NCBI GenBank assembly: GCA_964016885.1
Contig: OZ024742.1
Location: 42,966,001 to 43,030,000, forward strand
Length of the DNA: 64,000 nt
Direction: 5' to 3'
Origin: Eledone cirrhosa
Lineage: Eukaryota
Below the pieces are notes generated by a model. That model ran no database searches. It saw only the letters and a program-made list of their open reading frames with translations, and was not told the DNA's origin. This document shows, piece by piece, positions 26,351-39,613 of this stretch; the first letter of the stretch is position 1, and every line of letters begins with the position of its first letter. The position numbers and the translations under genes were made by a program.

Positions 26351-28584
26351 ATCCTAAAATAATTAATTTATCTAAAAGAGATCTTGACAATGATGAAATG
26401 CAAATTCTGTCAAAAGGACTGAAATTCACACCGACTCCAACAGTCAACCACCAAGAACTGAAGGAGGATACCCAAGAATTCTGTCGAAAATTACGTCTTG
26501 TAGAATTCTTCGCTGATAAAAATAATGAGAGTGATGAATCACTAGTAAAGAATAAATCAAATTTCACTCCGCCAAAAGGAAGAAATATCTATCTCGACCA
26601 ATACATTGACATCCTGTCTAAATTTCCTCTTAGACATAATACTAATGTTAGGCCAAACATTAACAAATCAGAAATGTCTGCACTTAAACGTATACAAAAT
26701 GATAAAACAATAATAATTAAACAAGCAGATAAAGGGGGTGCAGTTGTTATAATGGATACTGAATACTACAAGGATTTGGTTGAGGAACAACTGAAAGACA
26801 CAACATTCTATCATGAAATACCGTCAAATATAGACCACAACATCATGAAGAAGATCAACAACCTGGCTTCAAAATACCACAACTCATTTACTGATAAGGA
26901 AAGAGACTACATCACCAATTTTGAGCCGAAACCCAGCAACCTGTATGGCCTACCGAAAGTTCACAAGTCAAAAGAAATACAACTGGCAGTAAGAGAACAA
27001 AACAGTGAGTACATTAAATTATTACACCCAAAAGACTTAAAACTTAGACCTATTATAGCTGGTCCAACATGCCCCACTCACCGTCTAAGCAATTTTGTTG
27101 ACATTATTTTGAAACCACTATGTATTCACATACCCAGTTTCATCCGGGATGATATCGACTTCCTGTCCCATCTTCCCAAAACCACGGAAACGAATTCACT
27201 TCTACTCAGTTTTGATGTGGTAAGCCTTTACACCAACATTACACATGATTTAGGAATAAAGGCGGTTAAATACTGGGTGGAAAAACATAGAGAAGTGATT
27301 CCCATTAGATTCACAGCGCCATTTATATTAGACGCAGTTAAACTTATTCTGGAAAACAACACTTTCTTCTTCAATGGAAAGAATTACATCCAAATTAGAG
27401 GCACAGCGATGGGAACGAAGTTTGCTCCCGTTTACGCGAACTCTGTAATGGGATACTTAGAACAACAACTCTACCAAGAAATAGAGGAAAAATATAGTAC
27501 TGACTTTAGAAAGTACATTGAAAAATCTTGGAAGAGATACCTTGACGACTGTTTCTTCATCTGGACAGAATCTCTAGATACTCTGGATGAGTTCAATATC
27601 CTCCTGAATAACCTACACCCATCTCTCCAATTCACAAAAGAGATGAGTAGGACCAAATTACCATTCCTAGATATAATGATAATCAAAAACGACACCACCA
27701 TTACCACGGATATATATTATAAACACACAGACACCCATCAATATCTGAATTTTAAGTCGTGCCATCCACCTCATACAAAACGCAACATCCCATACTGCCT
27801 AGCCAGAAGAATTTGTACCATTGTAGAAGATACGAATACCAGGTACAAACGCCTAACAGAACTAAGAGAATTTTTGCTCAAACAAAAATACCCATCTCTA
27901 CTTATAGAAAATGGCATACAGCGGGCTATAAAAATACCTATACAACAACTTAGAACAACCCAAAGAAGAAGAAACCAAGAACTGGTCATACCATTTATAA
28001 TGACACACAACCCATGTCACCAGAATATCTTCAACACTGCCAAAGCAAACCTACCGATCATTGCTCAAAGTAATGAATTAAAAGGCTTAATCACAGATCG
28101 ATCTTTGACTCTTAGTAAAAGACAGCCAAAAAATTTGAAGCAATTGCTAACAAAAGCAAAGTTTGACCTTAACAACAAAGACCAATCATTCACTGTATCT
28201 AAATGCAATGATAATCGATGCGGCACATGTCAATCCATACACGCCGGTCAATATATGAAAACAAAAACTGGAAAAATATTCACAAATGCAAATATGAACT
28301 GCAAAAGCAGAAATCTAATTTACTGCATTAAATGCCCGAATTGTGAAGAACTATATGTCGGTCAAACTGGAAATGCACTATCGGAACGTGCACGGGTACA
28401 CCGTCAACAAATCAGAGACCCAAATGTCCGTCAGATACCCCTAAGCGGCCACCTGGCAACATGTGGTCAGGGAATATTTATAATATTCCCATTCTACAAA
28501 TTACACAGCCCAAATGAAATCAAGAGAAAAATCAAAGAAAAGAATTTTATTGATAAATTCAAACCCAAGCTAAATGAACAATAA
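26272..28584 (+). CDS. PLE RT + GIY-YIG endonuclease, intact (first ATG 26398; frame open from 26257)
   Basis: IINLS..LSKGLKF, ADKGG, LYGLPKVHK, SFDVVSLY, GTAMG, RYLDD, CNDNRCGTC, LIY..YVGQT, LN. Confidence 0.95.
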   Translation, partial: FFNVRTTKTGKRKTPGGNIPKTAVHVDPKIINLSKRDLDNDEMQILSKGLKFTPTPTVNHQELKEDTQEFCRKLRLVEFFADKNNESDESLVKNKSNFTPPKGRNIYLDQYIDILSKFPLRHNTNVRPNINKSEMSALKRIQNDKTIIIKQADKGGAVVIMDTEYYKDLVEEQLKDTTFYHEIPSNIDHNIMKKINNLASKYHNSFTDKERDYITNFEPKPSNLYGLPKVHKSKEIQLAVREQNSEYIKLLHPKDLKLRPIIAGPTCPTHRLSNFVDIILKPLCIHIPSFIRDDIDFLSHLPKTTETNSLLLSFDVVSLYTNITHDLGIKAVKYWVEKHREVIPIRFTAPFILDAVKLILENNTFFFNGKNYIQIRGTAMGTKFAPVYANSVMGYLEQQLYQEIEEKYSTDFRKYIEKSWKRYLDDCFFIWTESLDTLDEFNILLNNLHPSLQFTKEMSRTKLPFLDIMIIKNDTTITTDIYYKHTDTHQYLNFKSCHPPHTKRNIPYCLARRICTIVEDTNTRYKRLTELREFLLKQKYPSLLIENGIQRAIKIPIQQLRTTQRRRNQELVIPFIMTHNPCHQNIFNTAKANLPIIAQSNELKGLITDRSLTLSKRQPKNLKQLLTKAKFDLNNKDQSFTVSKCNDNRCGTCQSIHAGQYMKTKTGKIFTNANMNCKSRNLIYCIKCPNCEELYVGQTGNALSERARVHRQQIRDPNVRQIPLSGHLATCGQGIFIIFPFYKLHSPNEIKRKIKEKNFIDKFKPKLNEQ

Positions 28585-28959
28585 TAACGCCTAGGGGTAT
28601 TACTTCTACTACCACTATGACCACGACCACTAACAACAACAACAACAACAATAATAATAATAATAAAAGTGATGTTGATGGTGATGATTAATAGAAAATG
28701 CTATTTTCATCATTTCAAAAAAGCAAAACAATTGATACGTTGGATATGACTATTGGTCGTTAGCATGCTCAACCAGCCGTGACGCTTAAACCAATCAGCT
28801 GTAGTAATTCAGTGAAACTACACACTGATTGGTCGAAATACAGTTTACAGGGCTTTGCATTCTGGAGCCACTTTTCTCTGTATAAAATGTATAAAAGGTA
28901 GGAAATTTACCCATCTCATTACAGTTGAAAATTGCAAACTCGACTGTCACCACATATCA

Positions 28960-28998
28960 TGAACCTGAAGATTGCGAAAGCATGAAAGTACTTGTTCA
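28960..28998 (+). ncRNA. Minimal hammerhead ribozyme
   Basis: TGAAC-CTGAAGA-T TGC gaaa GCA T-GAAA-GTAC-TT-GTTCA. Confidence 0.8.
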
Positions 28999-29112
28999 AT
29001 TAACACTTAGAATTTAATATTCTATCATACTATTTCATTATAATACCATTATATATATTTTAAAGGATTGTAAATAAAACGAGTAAATCAGACAAAGTTG
29101 GAATTCCTCTTA

Positions 29113-29160
<48 letters not shown>

Positions 29161-29165
<5 letters not shown>

Positions 29166-29407
29166 GTGGTTACACAACAGTTAGTTCAACATACCAAGAA
29201 CAATTGTTTCACCTTAGCGGATCCTCAGCTCGGAATGGGCATGGTTATAGCCATTATAACCATGCTCATTCCGAGCTGAGGATCCGCTAAGGTGAAACAA
29301 TTGTTCTCGGTATGGTGAACTAACTGTTGTGTAACCACTTCTACCTAACTCGTCCCATGGACTGGGTGCTCTACCACTACGGATATTACCTTCCAGTGTT
29401 CCACCAC
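29161..29407 (+). mobile_element. Hairpin insert with HHR at 29271-29310
   Basis: Arms 29161-29249 and 29255-29343; 64-nt tail; CCGAG-CTGAGGA-TCCGCTAAGGT-GAAA-CAATTG-TT-CTCGG. Confidence 0.8.
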
Positions 29408-29481
29408 TATATATATATATATGTGTATATATATGTATATGTATATATGTATATATATATGTATATATATATATGTATATA

Positions 29482-29548
<67 letters not shown>

Positions 29549-29553
<5 letters not shown>

Positions 29554-29754
29554 AACCAGTAAGACCCCGACAGCTGAGCTCAAGCCGTTTCGACGGCTAA
29601 TTCTGGACTCAATTCTGTCCAGAATTAGCCGTCGAAACGGCTTGAGCTCAGCTGTCGGGGTCTTACTGGTTCCTATTACCCACTCTACTACCTCAAGTAT
29701 TGAGTACTTTGGTGCGTTATGGTCCACCTGGTTCCTTACCACATTTCCTTCGTT
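29549..29754 (+). mobile_element. Family N hairpin insert
   Basis: About 60-bp perfect arms centred near 29613, plus tail. Confidence 0.8.
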
Positions 29755-29784
29755 ATATATATATATATATATATATAAATATAA

Positions 29785-29850
<66 letters not shown>

Positions 29851-29876
29851 CACATATATATATATATATATATATG

Positions 29877-31437
29877 GTAAATTTTTTTAATCGTTTGGAA
29901 GCCTCGACAATGCAAATGGGTAAATCTCCGGGTAACAAGATCCAGTGGTGGAGAGAGAGATGTAAGTGGGTGTACGTTGAGATGCGTGGCGTGTATAAGA
30001 CGTGTAGAGGAATGAAGGAAAGAGCATAAAGGATAAAATAAAATAACAACACGAGAGAGAGTTACCTTGGGAGAGATTTAATTGTCCCTATATATTTCGG
30101 ATTCACATCCATCAACCGGGGGCTTTTTCCGGGGTGGGGGAAAGGTTGTCTGTCGGAAAGGTGCGAAACGCGTCCTCCGGTGTTCGTTGTTTTGAATATC
30201 TGAGGTATTCAGCAGACCGCGCGTGCGCGTGAAATGGGGTCGGTCGGGCAGAGGTCAGCGGCCGAAGTAGTTCTTTCAATTGTGGCAGTGGGGTGGCGCT
30301 AGCTGTCAGTCCATTCTATGCCTGTTTGTTAAATGTTACTGTGTGTGTGTGTGCGTGTGTTGTTGTCTCGCTTGAGTGTGTGTGTGTGTGCGTGTGTTGT
30401 TGCCTTGTTCCTCTGTATTGGCAGTGTAGTATGTTCGTATGGTAGAATGCTACTGTGTGTGTGTGTGTGCGTGTGTTGTTGTCTCGCTTGTGTGTGCGTG
30501 TGCTGCTGCATCGTTTGTTAACTTAAACCAGCCACCTCATTTCGCTTCTCTCGGATCGATTGTTTATTTGCGGCTCTAGGCGTTTGATAAAAAGTGCTTC
30601 CTTGATACGTAACGTGCCAACGTTTCTTTCAGTCGCTAGATTTGTGACAATGGGCCTTCCGTCTTTGTTTCCGCATTTGTCTATGTGTTTCCGGAAAGAC
30701 GAGGCCCTGGTTTTAGTGTGTTCCTTGATCCGGATGTGCACAGGTCGGATTGTGCTACCTATATAGTATTGGTTGCACTTGTTGCATTCTATCTTATACA
30801 CGACGTATGTGCGTAGGCAACAGTTCGCATGGCGTATCGGGCAGTCTCTGAGGGAGCACGCGTCAGTTGATTTCCCGGGTTTCCTGGAGAGGCATCTTCT
30901 CAGGGAGGGGCCCGAGTGAGCCAGGTGGATGTCGAGGCCCTCCCTCCGTATAGCCTTGCGGATAGCGTTGGTGGTATTCTCGCCCAGGTGTGGCATTTTA
31001 AGGACTTTGCACATCCAGATCAAGGAACACACTAAAACCAGGGCCTCGTCTTTCCGGAAACAAGCACGCGCGCTCTGCTGAATACCTCAGATATTCAAAA
31101 CAACGAACAGAGAAGAACGCGTTTTGCACCTTTCCGACAGACAACCTTTCCCCCACCCCGGAAAAAACCCCAGTTGATGGATGTGAATCCGAAATATATA
31201 GGGACAATTAAATCTCTCCCAAGGTAACTCTCTCTCGTGTTGTTATTTTATTTTATCCTTTATGCTCTTTCCTTCATTCCTCTACACGTCTTATACACGC
31301 CACGCATTTCAACGTACACCCACTTACATCTCTCTCTCCACCACCGGATCTTGTTACCCGGAGATTTACCTATTTGCATTGTCGAGGCTTCCAAACGATT
31401 AAAAAAATTTACCTTATTATTCCACAATGCTTCAAGC
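29877..31437. mobile_element. PLE family 4: inverted pair (EN fragment 30523-30998, minus)
   Basis: CSLRDCPI..CLRTYVVYKIEC..YIGST..INNRSE; right arm about 31063-31413 plus 24-nt tail. Confidence 0.88.
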
Positions 31438-31455
31438 ATATATATATGTGTGTGT

Positions 31456-31553
<98 letters not shown>

Positions 31554-31599
31554 TATATACATTGTATGTATATATATATATATATATATACATACAATG

Positions 31600-31868
31600 T
31601 ATATATAGTGTATTTTGCAATACACTGTATGTTTAATTAAAAGCATTTTGAAGAGCATACGCTATTGCTTTAAATAAGTGACAATGTCACTTATTTAAAT
31701 TTTCAGCAAACAGTTTGCTGAAAATTTAAATAAGTGACATTGTCACTATTTTAAAACAATAGCGTATGCTCTTCAAAATGCTTTTAATTAAACATACAGT
31801 GTATTGCAAAATACACAATATATACATTCATATATATATATCGCTATTTCAGAGCACCAATTCTAATT

Positions 31869-31870
<2 letters not shown>
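31600..31870. mobile_element. Short hairpin insert
   Basis: About 105-bp arms centred near 31712, each with an inner palindrome AAATAAGTGACAATGTCACTTATTT. Confidence 0.7.
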
Positions 31871-31965
<95 letters not shown>

Positions 31966-31996
31966 GTATATATATATGTATATATATATATGTATG

Positions 31997-32174
<178 letters not shown>

Positions 32175-32232
32175 CATATATGCATATATATATATATATA
32201 CATAGATATATATATATATACATATATATATA

Positions 32233-33303
32233 TGACGGCGATGAATTTGTTTTGCGAGGTTTTTGATATGAAATCGTGTGTCGAAACAAATATTGTTATA
32301 CTTGGGGAGGGGCATATAAGAAATAAGAACAGAACACACTCACTGTTTGGTTGGTTTTCCCTTATGCATCTTTTATACCTCCATAGTTAATTCATTTGGC
32401 CATCAATGTTTATCACTGATTGACCAACGGTAAAAAATACAGATATTAATACATATATATAGTCTAACAAAGTTCTTTCGTTGCACATCTGCAACATCAT
32501 CAGTGATACTATTATCATGTTTCCCCTACTGCATTGTATGTATTGTAATGTCTAAGCCATTTCTATTTTATCTATTTATAAATTTATTTATTTATTTTTG
32601 TCTTCGTCTCTGCGCATGCGTTTGCGTGTGTGTATAGTGTTTGGTGTTTGTATAGTGTTTGGTGTGTGTGTTCGCGTTTGGGTGACTGTGTTTTGGTTAT
32701 TGTATTCTATCTTAGTTTATTAGTGTGTTTATGTGTGTTTGTTGTTATTGTGCTTGTGTATATATTCATTTATTTATTTATTTATATTTCTCTTAAGTCA
32801 GTATTGTTTGTTTGGGTGTTGTTGTTATTCCATTCATTTTTTTCTGTTTAGCTTTGGCTTTCTAAGCTCTATTTCGCTTGCTCCTCCGATTTGCGTATCT
32901 GCTGGGTCATTTCTATGTTTAGATATTTTAATATCTATGTTGTCTATGTTACCGTCATGTTGTTGTCTGGCCTGTTCGTGTGGTACTGAACCGTTTTTTT
33001 TCCTTTAATTGCCCCCAGTGTTGGTCTATTCTTTCTCCTATGCTTCAAGCTGTCTCACCTATGTATGTCGTTGTCATGTTTCTGCAAGTACCCTCTGTAC
33101 ATCTTATGCTATAGACTACATTTCTAGTTTTACAGTTTATCTGGGGATTTACTTTACATATAACACATTACTTATTAGTACAGTGGGGTTTCTTCAAAGG
33201 GTATATTTTGCTGATCAGGGATTTTATGGTAGTTCCTGGCTTTTCTACCACTTTAATCTTTAAGTGGGTCTTTCTTAGGGCCTTTCTACATTGGTTAGCT
33301 AAT
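32233..33303 (-). mobile_element. PLE related to family 2: decayed GIY-YIG end, 3'UTR and HHR (32467-32506)
   Basis: [21 protein letters not shown]..; CTGATGA-T-GTTGCA gatg TGCAAC-GAAA-GAAC-TT. Confidence 0.85.
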
Positions 33304-33380
33304 TTCTCGAGTTTTAGGGATTCGAACTCACAGAAACCCACACACACAGCGACAGACATCCTCAGTTTTATATATATAGA
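33304..33380 (-). mobile_element. Helitron-like 5' end fragment (second piece at 33895-33942)
   Basis: TCTATATATATAAAACTGAGGATGTCTGTC(G)CTGTGTG..., present twice. Confidence 0.45.
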
Positions 33381-33459
33381 GAGATATGTATATATACACA
33401 CATATATATATATACATATATATATACATATATATATACATATATATATATATGTATAT

Positions 33460-33525
<66 letters not shown>

Positions 33526-33534
33526 ATACATATA

Positions 33535-33570
<36 letters not shown>

Positions 33571-33585
33571 CATATATATATATAC

Positions 33586-33630
<45 letters not shown>

Positions 33631-33688
33631 CATATATATATATACATATACATATATATATACATATATGTATATATATATATATATA

Positions 33689-33803
33689 TAGGAGTAAGTA
33701 AGACCGGGGTCTTACTTACTCCTATTACCCACTCTACTACCCTAAGTATTGAGTATTTTGGTGCGTTATGGTCCACCTGGTTCCTTACCACTTTTCCCTC
33801 GCT
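33689..33803 (+). mobile_element. Family N mini-hairpin
   Basis: TAGGAGTAAGTAAGACC/GGTCTTACTTACTCCTA plus tail. Confidence 0.78.
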
Positions 33804-33998
33804 ATATATATATATATATATATATACATATATATACATATATATATATATATAAATATATATTTGTGTGTGTGTGTGTATATATATATATATACACAGG
33901 CACACACACAGAGACAGACATCCTCAGTTTAATATATATAGGTATATATATATATACATACATATATATGTATGCATATATATATATATGCATGTATT

Positions 33999-34093
<95 letters not shown>

Positions 34094-34096
34094 AGT

Positions 34097-34240
<144 letters not shown>

Positions 34241-34251
34241 TATACATATAC

Positions 34252-34418
<167 letters not shown>

Positions 34419-34482
34419 CATATATATACATATATATATACATATATATACATATATATATATATATACATATATACACACA

Positions 34483-34560
<78 letters not shown>

Positions 34561-34587
34561 TATACATATATATATACATATATATAC

Positions 34588-34670
<83 letters not shown>

Positions 34671-34710
34671 ACTATACATATATATATATATATATATATA
34701 TAGATAGATA

Positions 34711-35118
34711 GCAATTTTCAACAGTAATGAGATGGGTAAATTTCCTACCTTTTATACATTTTATACAAAGAAAAGTGGCTCCAGAATGCAAAGCCCTGTA
34801 AACTGTATTTCGACCAATCAGTGTGTAGTTTCACTGAATTACTACAGCTGATTGGTTTAAGCGTCACGGCTGGTTGAGCATGCTAACGACCAATAGTCAT
34901 ATCCAACGTATCAATTGTTTTGCTTTTTTGAAAAGATGAAAATAGCATTTTCTATTAATCATCACCATCAACATCACTTTTATTATTATTATTATTGTTG
35001 TTGTTGTTGTTAGTGGTCGTGGTCATAGTGGTAGTAGAAGTAATACCCCTAGGCGTTATTATTGTTCATTTAGCTTGGGTTTGAATTTATCAATAAAATT
35101 CTTTTCTTTGATTTTCTC
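34711..35118 (-). mobile_element. Fragment of the Neptune PLE at 25.5-29.1 kb
   Basis: Near-identical reverse complement of about 28524-28935. Confidence 0.9.
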
Positions 35119-35130
35119 TATATATATATA

Positions 35131-35672
35131 AATCAGGAAAGAAGGTTGACATGGTTTGCTATACAAAAAAGGTTTTTAATCTCATAGCTGACAATTGTTT
35201 CTCTGAACTGGTAGGTCTAGAGATCGCTATTCGCTTATTTTTACGTTACTCGATCGCCAATACAAAATTCTAACCAGTCAGATCTTCGGAGCATGCGAGA
35301 ATGAAGAGAATACACAGGCAAGAAAAGAATATACAGGCTACTATATGAAGTAGTAATGGCATTCAGTTAGAACAATAACAACAATTACAACAATGCTATT
35401 AATAAATTATTTGAGAGGGCCTTACATTACTTAGGTGGGGGGTATAGTGTATCTAAGAATACGGCGTGTAAAACTAGCTGTCATGAGGCAAAAGTAAGAG
35501 TTTGGCATGTACAGAGTATCGAAGTGTGTATCAATTTTAAATTATAAAGATAAGCCAGTGTTTACAGTCTTTCTTTTCATCTTCAATAACATACATGAGT
35601 GGGACAACACTGTCAAAGCTAAATAGTTGTTGAGTTAATACAGAGGTTAACGAGGTAATATACGCATATATT

Positions 35673-35758
<86 letters not shown>

Positions 35759-37698
35759 CACATGCATGTGTACATAGACACATACATACACATCAATGTA
35801 CACTCGTACAAAAATATACATACATGCAAAGAGATAAGCGTGCTAATTGTAATTATGGCAAAAGGAAGGTAAAGTTACATTGTAGTAGTGATTTGAGAAA
35901 AACTAGGATTTAGGATCAAATGATGGCAGCAGCTGAGAAGGTATAAGTTTGTGGGTTGATGAGGTACTTACAGACATTTGTGTGGTATAGACTTGTGAAG
36001 GATATAATATACTTAATGAATATATTTCTGTGGGTAGTAGGTATCCTAATTTAAAGCTATGTTGTGTTGGTTCGATTCACGGATGTTTGAATCTTATGAA
36101 TTTAGTGGCAATTCTATGTCTGCAGAAGATAGATCTTTCTAACTTATTGTTAAGTAACCTTTTTACATTTTTGAGGATATATAATAGCTCAAGATCACAT
36201 AGCCCGCAGTGGGACATCCCTGTACTATAGGTTTTAGCAGCCGACAACTTCGACCAGTTGATACTGTAGTTAGTGCTGCTGTCCTTCAGCTCCCATATTT
36301 TTTTGGCCAGGGTTGTGGAACCCATAAGTGCACGGTTTTTCATTGAGTGCCTGTGCACATACCATCTTTTTTTAAAAGAACCCGCGGTGGATCCTATGTA
36401 ATTCCAGGTGGAGTTACCCGAGATGACCGTGCACATGTATTACTAGGCTCGAATAGAGACATCTGTTCGCCAATGGGCACCTATCTGGTAGGTGACAGTT
36501 ACAGTTTGAGGCGCTATTTTGTGCAGCTTTTACATTCCTGTTTAGTACTCTGTTATAAGTGGGTTGTGATATATGCCCAATGGGGTTTTGCTGCTGCGCG
36601 TTTGTATGCACTTGTGGTTGTGATGTTGTGATGTGTCTGTGCTTATAATTTGGTGCTACGTTATGTATAGGTGCAGTTGATTTACTAGAGATATTTCCGT
36701 GGTTGATCTTGCGTATGTGTGATTCTATGTTTGCTGCTGTTGAGTATGAGAGTTTTATAGTAGATCTATTGAGTATTTTGTGATATCTATGCGAGATAGG
36801 GAAGTGTTTATCTATTAGTTTAAGAATGTAGAGGGCAGTCTAGTTTTTATAGAGGAGTTGAATATTGGGTTGAACCATAGGTATTTTCTTTGTCTGTTTC
36901 TTCTATTGTTTCTAGGGTTTACGTTATTAGTGTTTTGGCCGTTTACTCCAGGTGTTACGTGTCTAACCCTATGTCTAGTCAAGTTATTTCTATTATTATG
37001 TGAGCGGTTGGAGTAGTAATTACTAGGATTGTTTACGTTGTCTTTATTCACTATATACTGCAGTTTATCTTTATGACCAGCCCTACGTAATGCTGCATTA
37101 TAATAGTCAGCATGCTCGTTAAAGATTTCTAGGTTTGAGGATAAGCGGGATATTCGGAGGGATATACTACGTGCTATGGATCTAATTATGGATTTGGGGT
37201 GATTTGAGTTGTAACTAATGTAGGCAAGATTTTCATTATTTTTGTGGAAAGGTTCTATTAATCCAGTATTTAGATTTAGAGTCACATCTAGAAAATTTAC
37301 CTTCTTATGGTTCAGTTCGTAGGTAATACTTAGGCCTAGTTTTTTGAAGAATATTCTAATATTTTTTCTTAGTCTTTCCATGCTCTGGTTGTTTAGGTTC
37401 CTAGCTATAAGTAACGTGTCGTCCCTATAAATTCCTCCTTGGAGGTTACTGAATTCCTTATGTAGGTTGTGTGCTATGAATAGCCCCACGATATCTGTGA
37501 TTTGCGCAGAATCATTTGATCCGATTGTTATATCGAAGCTATTTATTCTATCCTTTCTTACCCAGTAGCTATTTTCAAATTTTATGATAGTCCTTCTAGC
37601 CGCTATTATTATTTCAATTTCATCATGGGTAAGATCAGAGTTATTTTGGGCAAATATAAGCGCCTTATCTAGGGTAGCTGGGGATATGGATGCATAGT
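35131..37698 (-). mobile_element. YRDD-type (Hydra-like) PLE, 5'-truncated and frameshifted (coding about 36077-37698)
   Basis: YYASI, GGIYRDD, NFLDVTL, CNCHLPDRCPL..C, YIGST..FKKRW..H, CGLC..E, LNNKLE..CRH. Confidence 0.87.
35185..35294 (-). ncRNA. Hammerhead variant (CCGAAGA core) with a long stem II insertion
   Basis: GCT-CCGAAGA-TCTGACTGGT..(about 60 nt)..ACCAGTTCAGA-GAAA-CAATTG-TC-AGC. Confidence 0.65.
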
Positions 37699-37979
37699 AT
37701 GCAAATTAGGCTGCTCAGCCGTTAATTTTCATAAGGAAAGTATATACTTTCGAACGTTCAACTATCTGGCAGATGGGTAAACGGTGCTGATGATAGCTAA
37801 CAAGCTTGAAACTAGTACATCGTTCCTGTGTCAGTGTTGAACAAAAAGGTGACGTGGTTGCCTTAACACCGTATGGCATAAATTCAGGCTGTTCAGTTTG
37901 TTTACAAACGAACAAAGCGGCGTTATAATAAGCGTCCGCTAAACTGATGCGTGCATATATGTATGTGTACCTGTATGTA

Positions 37980-38065
<86 letters not shown>

Positions 38066-38246
38066 TGCTACTGTACGTCTGTATACATATATGTATGTAC
38101 GTATACATACATACTTACATTTAAGTAAGTGCCATACTAAGAGTGAGAAATGAAATTTCGTTTTCATTTTTTTTTCAACTTATCGTTTTCGGTATGCCTG
38201 ACCGATTTAACTCACTCAATATGCAAATTAGGCTGCTCAGCCGTTA
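37699..38246 (+). mobile_element. Retrozyme-like non-coding unit with a 26-bp terminal direct repeat
   Basis: ATGCAAATTAGGCTGCTCAGCCGTTA at 37699 and 38221; HHR at 37782-37822. Confidence 0.65.
37782..37822 (+). ncRNA. Minimal hammerhead ribozyme
   Basis: CGGTG-CTGATGA-T AGC taacaa GCT T-GAAA-CTAG-TA-CATCG. Confidence 0.82.
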
Positions 38247-38301
38247 CTTTATATATATATAAATTATACATATATATATAAATTTATATATATATATAAA
38301 T

Positions 38302-38417
<116 letters not shown>

Positions 38418-38492
38418 CATATATATATATATACGTATATATATATAGATACATATGTATATATACATATACGTATATATATATATAGATAC

Positions 38493-38539
<47 letters not shown>

Positions 38540-38554
38540 CATATATATATATAC

Positions 38555-38777
<223 letters not shown>

Positions 38778-39613
38778 CATATATATACATAAGAGGGTGT
38801 TAAAGTTTGCTTGAAGCATTGTGAAATGTGTAAGATACGTAGTTTAGAAAGCCACAACAATGCAGAGGGAAATCTCGAGGTAGGAAGTGAATGATAGATA
38901 AGAGAAATAGGAGAAAGTGAAAATAGAGAGAGACAAAGATGAAAACAAAACAAAGGTAGAAGGTTACCGTAGTGGAGATTTAATCCCATTATTTCGGGCT
39001 CACGCCCATCAACGGGGGAAAGTTCCAAAGGGGGGTACAGGCTAAGCGGAGAAAGTTGTGATGTCGTTAAAACAGGAATGCCGTTATGGGGAGAAAAATT
39101 ATTTAAAATTTAAATGAAGGAAAGAATGCGCGTGCGCGTGATAGGCTGTGGCAAAAGCTACTGACCAAATGGGTTAAATCAAGAGGGTGCGCTAGCGTGT
39201 GAAAGCCGTAAAATATGTGTGTGTAAATATATATGTGTGTGTAACTGTGTGTGTATATGTGTAAGTGTGTATATGTGTGTGTGTGTGTGAAAGATAGTGG
39301 GCTGTAGAAGCTGGAAATCAAAGGGTGTGAAAGGTGGTAGGTAGTAAAACATGTGTGCGTGTATAAACATGTGTGTGTGTAAGCGTATGGGTATACATGT
39401 GTGTGTAACTGTATGTGTGTATGTTTGAGTGCGTGTGTGTGTGAAAGATAGTGGGCTGTAGAAGCTGGAAATCAAAGGGTGTGAAAGGTGGTAGGTTGTA
39501 AAAACATGTGTGCGTGTATAAATATAGATGTGTGAGTGTATGCGTATGGGTATGCTTATACGTGCGTGTGTGTGAAAATAGCAGGCCGTAAGGGCTGTGA
39601 AGGGTCACTATGG

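Larger units (their letters stand above)
25530..29115 (+). mobile_element. Near full-length Neptune-type PLE
   Basis: TA-flanked; basic ORF1, intact RT-EN ORF, 3'UTR with HHR. Confidence 0.93.

Noticed and set aside
30150-30175. GAAACGCGTC stem III-like motif
   Set aside because: Antisense to the element, no CUGANGA core or stem II, and not conserved in the other arm.
33316-33330. tRNA B-box-like GTTCGAATCC on the minus strand
   Set aside because: No A-box or cloverleaf; it lies in a Helitron-like end.
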